Source: Hemiscyllium ocellatum
Lineage: Eukaryota
Length of the DNA stretch: 64,000 nucleotides
Direction of reading: 5' to 3'
Assembly: GCF_020745735.1 (NCBI RefSeq)
Contig: NC_083435.1
Coordinates: 11,067,201 to 11,131,200, forward strand
The translations under genes were made by a program, and so were the position numbers. Shown here in pieces: positions 60,431 to 64,000 of this stretch. The notes under the pieces were generated by a model. It saw only the letters and a list, made by a program, of their open reading frames with translations. It was not told the DNA's origin and made no database searches. Position 1 is the first letter of the stretch. Every line of letters starts with the position of its first letter.

Positions 60431-61390
60431 AAACCAGATTATAGTCCAATAGGTTTATTTGAAACTACAAGCTTTCAGAGAGCTGTTGGGGCAGGATTAC
60501 ATTATTTATAGTAAAATATCAAAGTGTCATACAACTGATACAACGTACTGAACAAACCTGGATTAGGGTTAAGTCTTTGGGAGGTTAGTGGCCACAAGAG
60601 AAAATGACTTAGTGGGAAAACAACAAGGGCCTGAGAGAATTCCACAGGCCTGGGTCCAGATGCACTGACTGCTAGTTTGTAGTCCTCCCTCATCGCCCTC
60701 TGTCTATCACTGGCCACTCACACCCACCAGTGTGACAGGGCTTTTGCCGGGGCCCTGGGGTGACATTCATCGCTAAGGTCTAGCAGCATTGAAGATTTGT
60801 GATCTGGTCGTACTGATTGGGAGGTTTGGCTGTTGTTTTACTTTATAACGAGCTACACAACAACACTGCATCGATTGTAAAGCGCGTCAAGAAATCGATG
60901 GGCGCTATAGAAATGCAAGTCCTTTCTGTGTTCCCCTTGGGATTAGCACGGAGTGGGAGGGAAGAGGACTTCGAGAATTTATTAAACTTCGATGCACAAA
61001 CTAGTCCGAAAACGTTTTTGGGGGAGGGAGACAGGGTTAGGTTAAGTACAGACGGAGTGACGTGACCCGATCGTTTCTGGGCTGGGCCGGGTGGGGACTC
61101 TAAGGGGTCTGTATCACAGATGACCCTGAGTCCCCAGGAACCCTGACCTGCCCTCAGAGTCTCTCTCCGGCAAATACCCCTTTACAGTGCACGACGCGGC
61201 CGCTGACCTGAACTCTGCCCTTTGTAACTGAACGGAGAAGATGGGATCTGTTTCTGTTCTGTCAACCCGGAAAACGGAGAGAATTCGACATCGTAACCCC
61301 TTGTTAATGATACAATCGGCCGCTCAACACCCACCCGCTGCTTCATCAATTGCCTTTCTCTCTCTCTCTCAACACGTTATTTTTTCTTAC

Positions 61391-61560
61391 TTTTCAGCGG
61401 AGAATCGACGGGCCCAGAGTAAGGCCAGCGAAATCTTCAACACTTTCACTTTTAAACATCCGTCGAAAGACGGAAAACGTACTGATGGACTTTATCACAG
61501 AAGTGAGCGAATCCGGGGACAGACAGTGATTCAAATCCCTCAGCTGGCCTCCTCTCTGAA
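61391..61560 (-). promoter_or_regulatory. Probable non-coding first exon/promoter of gene A with IRF-E/ISRE-like motif
   Basis: Donor AAA|gtaaga at 61391/61390; CpG-rich 61050..61520; AAAAGTGAAAGT on the minus strand at 61442..61453. Confidence 0.4.
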
Positions 61561-61924
61561 CCCGTGTCCTCCCTCCCACATTCACTGAGCCAGATAAAGT
61601 GAAGCAATTGGATTATTTGCTGTCCTTCATGAAGCGCTTTCTCAGCCCACCTGTTCGATCAGGGGTTTTACTCCAATGCAAAGTCGCCATTTAACTGCGA
61701 GGCGACTACTGGGGCCTTTACCTGAGGGTCGGTGTCCCTCAGATTGAGGTTCAGAAAGGGAATCCTTCCTGGTAACCTCAGAGGGTGTGGGGATTGAACC
61801 CACGGTCTAAGGATCACGCAGTCCGGCAAGCCAGCTACGGACCTAATCCACTTCCCACACTCCACTATTACCTCACGATCAACTGGAAGAGGCCGTTCAA
61901 CTCATTGTATGGGTTATTATTTCA

Positions 61925-62285
61925 AATATATACTTTATTCATAAAAATGTATCTGTATTAGACACACAGTCACAAACGAAGTTCGATTCTGTGCAGTAGC
62001 ATATAAAGGAAACAAACAAACATTGGAATTTGACTCCAATCTAACAAATTGTCATTTGAACCAAACTATTTTTATGTGCATTTGAGACACTGAGAGGGTT
62101 CCACAACTGAACACACCCCATAATAACCTTCAGCAGGAAGACCTCAGACAGTGGTCTTTCCCCACTGGGCCTTGGTGGCAGCTGCCCAAGCACCCCTCAG
62201 GACATAGTCCTGGACCTAGGAATGTGCCAGTCTGCAACACTCAGTCCAGATTAGAGTAGTTCTGGAAGGCCAACATGTTTCATGT
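61925..62285 (-). mobile_element. Tx1/L1-like LINE 3' end
   Basis: Minus: ECCRLAHS*VQDYVLRG...AATKAQWGKTTV* followed by an AATAAA-containing tail; clade assigned from my recall of this terminus type. Confidence 0.6.
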
Positions 62286-62910
62286 AAATACAGAGGCCAG
62301 TCGGCCCATAGCGGAGTAAATAAAGAGGTCAGCGGGCCCAGAGTGGAGGACATACAGAGGCCAGTGGGCTCAGAGCAGAGTGGGGACAGAGACCAGTGGG
62401 CCCAGAGCAGAGTGGGGACAGAGGCCAGTCGGCCCAGAGCAGAGTGGGGACAGAGGCCAGTGGGCCCAGAGCAGAGTGGGGACAGAGGCCAGTGGGCCCA
62501 GAGCAGAGTGGGGACAAGGCCAGTGGGCTCAGAGCAGAGTGGGGACAGAGGCCAGTGGGCCCAGAGCAGAGTGGGGACAGAGGCCAGTGGGCCCAGAGCA
62601 GAGTGGGGACAGAGGCCAGTGGCCCAGAACGGAGTAAATACAGAGGCCAGTGGGCCCATAGCAGAGTAAATACAGAGGCCAGTCGGTCCATAGCGGAGTA
62701 AATAAAGAGGTCAGTGGGCCCAGAGCGGAGGACATACAGAGGCCAGTGGGCTCAGAGCAGAGTGGGGACAGAGACCAGTGGGCCCAGAGCAGAGTGGGGA
62801 CAGAGGCCAGTGGGCCCAGAGCAGAGTGGGGACAGAGACCAATGGGAATGGCCAGTGGCTCAGAGTGGAATGTAGATGGCCAGTAACCTGGAGCAGAGTG
62901 GGGACAGAGC
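62286..62910. repeat. 32-bp G-rich minisatellite (~19 units) with higher-order ~382-bp duplication
   Basis: cagaggccagtgggcccagagcagagtgggga; the variant-unit block at 62286 recurs at 62668. Confidence 0.92.
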
Positions 62911-63539
62911 CCAGTGAACCCAGAGTGAAGATGGCTACTGCTTGGGAACCAGTGAAGCCCAGTCTGACCACTTGGAAGCTCTTATCAAAAGACTGTAATA
63001 TCTATTGTTTTAACTTTATTCCTTATTTTGCTAACTTATACTATATATATCTGCAACATAGTGCACCCTTGTTCTTTATTTTATCTACTTTTGTATCTAA
63101 GATTTTTATGTAGGATCCTTGTACCTCAGGTGACACCATATGTTAGTGATATTGTATTCTTTTCACTTTGGTAATTTGAGTATACATGACAATAAACCTA
63201 ATTCTAATTCTAACATTGTTGGTTTTTACATGTATGGCCAACCTCACCAACTCCTCTCTCAACTATGCCACTGCTGCCATCACTTGTCAGACTTCCAGTA
63301 CTGGATGAGCAGACATTTTCTTCCCTTTTAATTTTGGCAAGACTGAAACCCATTATTTGCAGTAATTCTTACAGAGTGTTCCCTATTCCATCTCAGTGTC
63401 GCATTTTCACCCCTGAGTTTCTGCCCACATGTTTGAGCCATCAATTTCCACCTCTGTAACAGTGCCCAGACTCAAGACTCGATCCAGCTTATCAATTGCT
63501 GATCTATCCAAGGAAAAAAATCGACATCAGTAAATAAAT

Positions 63540-63730
63540 GACAGAGGATCTGAGATCAAAGTTCAAGGTGTAGAAACTGTTTGGCTGGAGCTAAGAAGCA
63601 GCCAGACGAAGGAAACATTGGTGGGAGTTGTTTATAGAACATCAAATTGTACTAATTTTGAGAACGTTATCATCAGGACATTAGAGACATATGTGATCTC
63701 GATAACAATGAGTGACCTCATTTTGAAAAC
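63540..63730 (+). mobile_element. CR1 endonuclease fragment
   Basis: ETVWLELRSSQTKETLVGVVYRTSN. Confidence 0.6.
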
Positions 63731-64000
63731 TGTGTTTGTTGTTTGTACAAGGTGGGGAACCAACTAGGGATTGGCTTATTTTGGATTTAATGATATATAA
63801 TGAGAAAGGGTTCATTGATAACCTTGCCTTAAATGAAGGATAAAAGGGTGTGTAACCATAAAATATTATATGAGCTTTGAATGTGAGTCAGCTCAAACTG
63901 AAAATTGAATGATATGAAAACATGAAGTTGGCTGTGGCCAATTGAGAAAAATCACAAAGATTTGTTTGAAACCAGCAATGCTTGTAATTTAAAAGAAACT

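Larger units (their letters stand above)
44392..61500 (-). other. Butyrophilin-like gene A (whole locus; upstream end approximate)
   Basis: Coding exons 58+354+285+120+27+27+21+27+569 = 1488 nt, open frame, 495 aa; all coding junctions phase 1 with GT/AG. Confidence 0.9.

Noticed and set aside
62216-63113. Repetitive ORFs on both strands (GPLASVPTLLWAHW..., QSRVGTEASG...)
   Set aside because: Translations of a stop-poor 32-bp minisatellite.

Overview
Vertebrate genomic DNA; the repeat complement (HE1-type V-SINE, CR1 LINEs, Penelope-like elements) points to a shark or other elasmobranch. Two complete butyrophilin-like genes (signal peptide-IgV-IgC-TM-microexons-B30.2/PRY-SPRY) lie in tandem on the minus strand. 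I reconstructed both exon by exon with GT/AG sites and all-phase-1 coding junctions: gene A CDS 59987->44392 (9 coding exons, 495 aa) and gene B CDS 33410 or 30977->12004 (7 coding exons, 474 or 472 aa). Gene B has a duplicated 41-nt signal-peptide exon inside a ~2.4-kb tandem duplication. A paralogous intergenic block (3.3-7.3 kb vs 35.0-41.8 kb) predicts a third paralog to the left of the window. The most striking non-genic signal is a Penelope-like retroelement (PLE) system. It comprises a young >=1.1-kb-arm fold-back palindrome carrying an uninterrupted RT+GIY-YIG frame, about 15 minimal hammerhead-ribozyme (HHR) motifs from three families, and several short HHR-containing fold-back hairpin insertions. 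Three of these hairpins, plus one single-arm fragment, have 15-bp target-site duplications (TSDs). Several turn or stop at the 5' edge of the ribozyme core. All coordinates were read by eye; repeat boundaries are approximate, and no alignment or database search was run.
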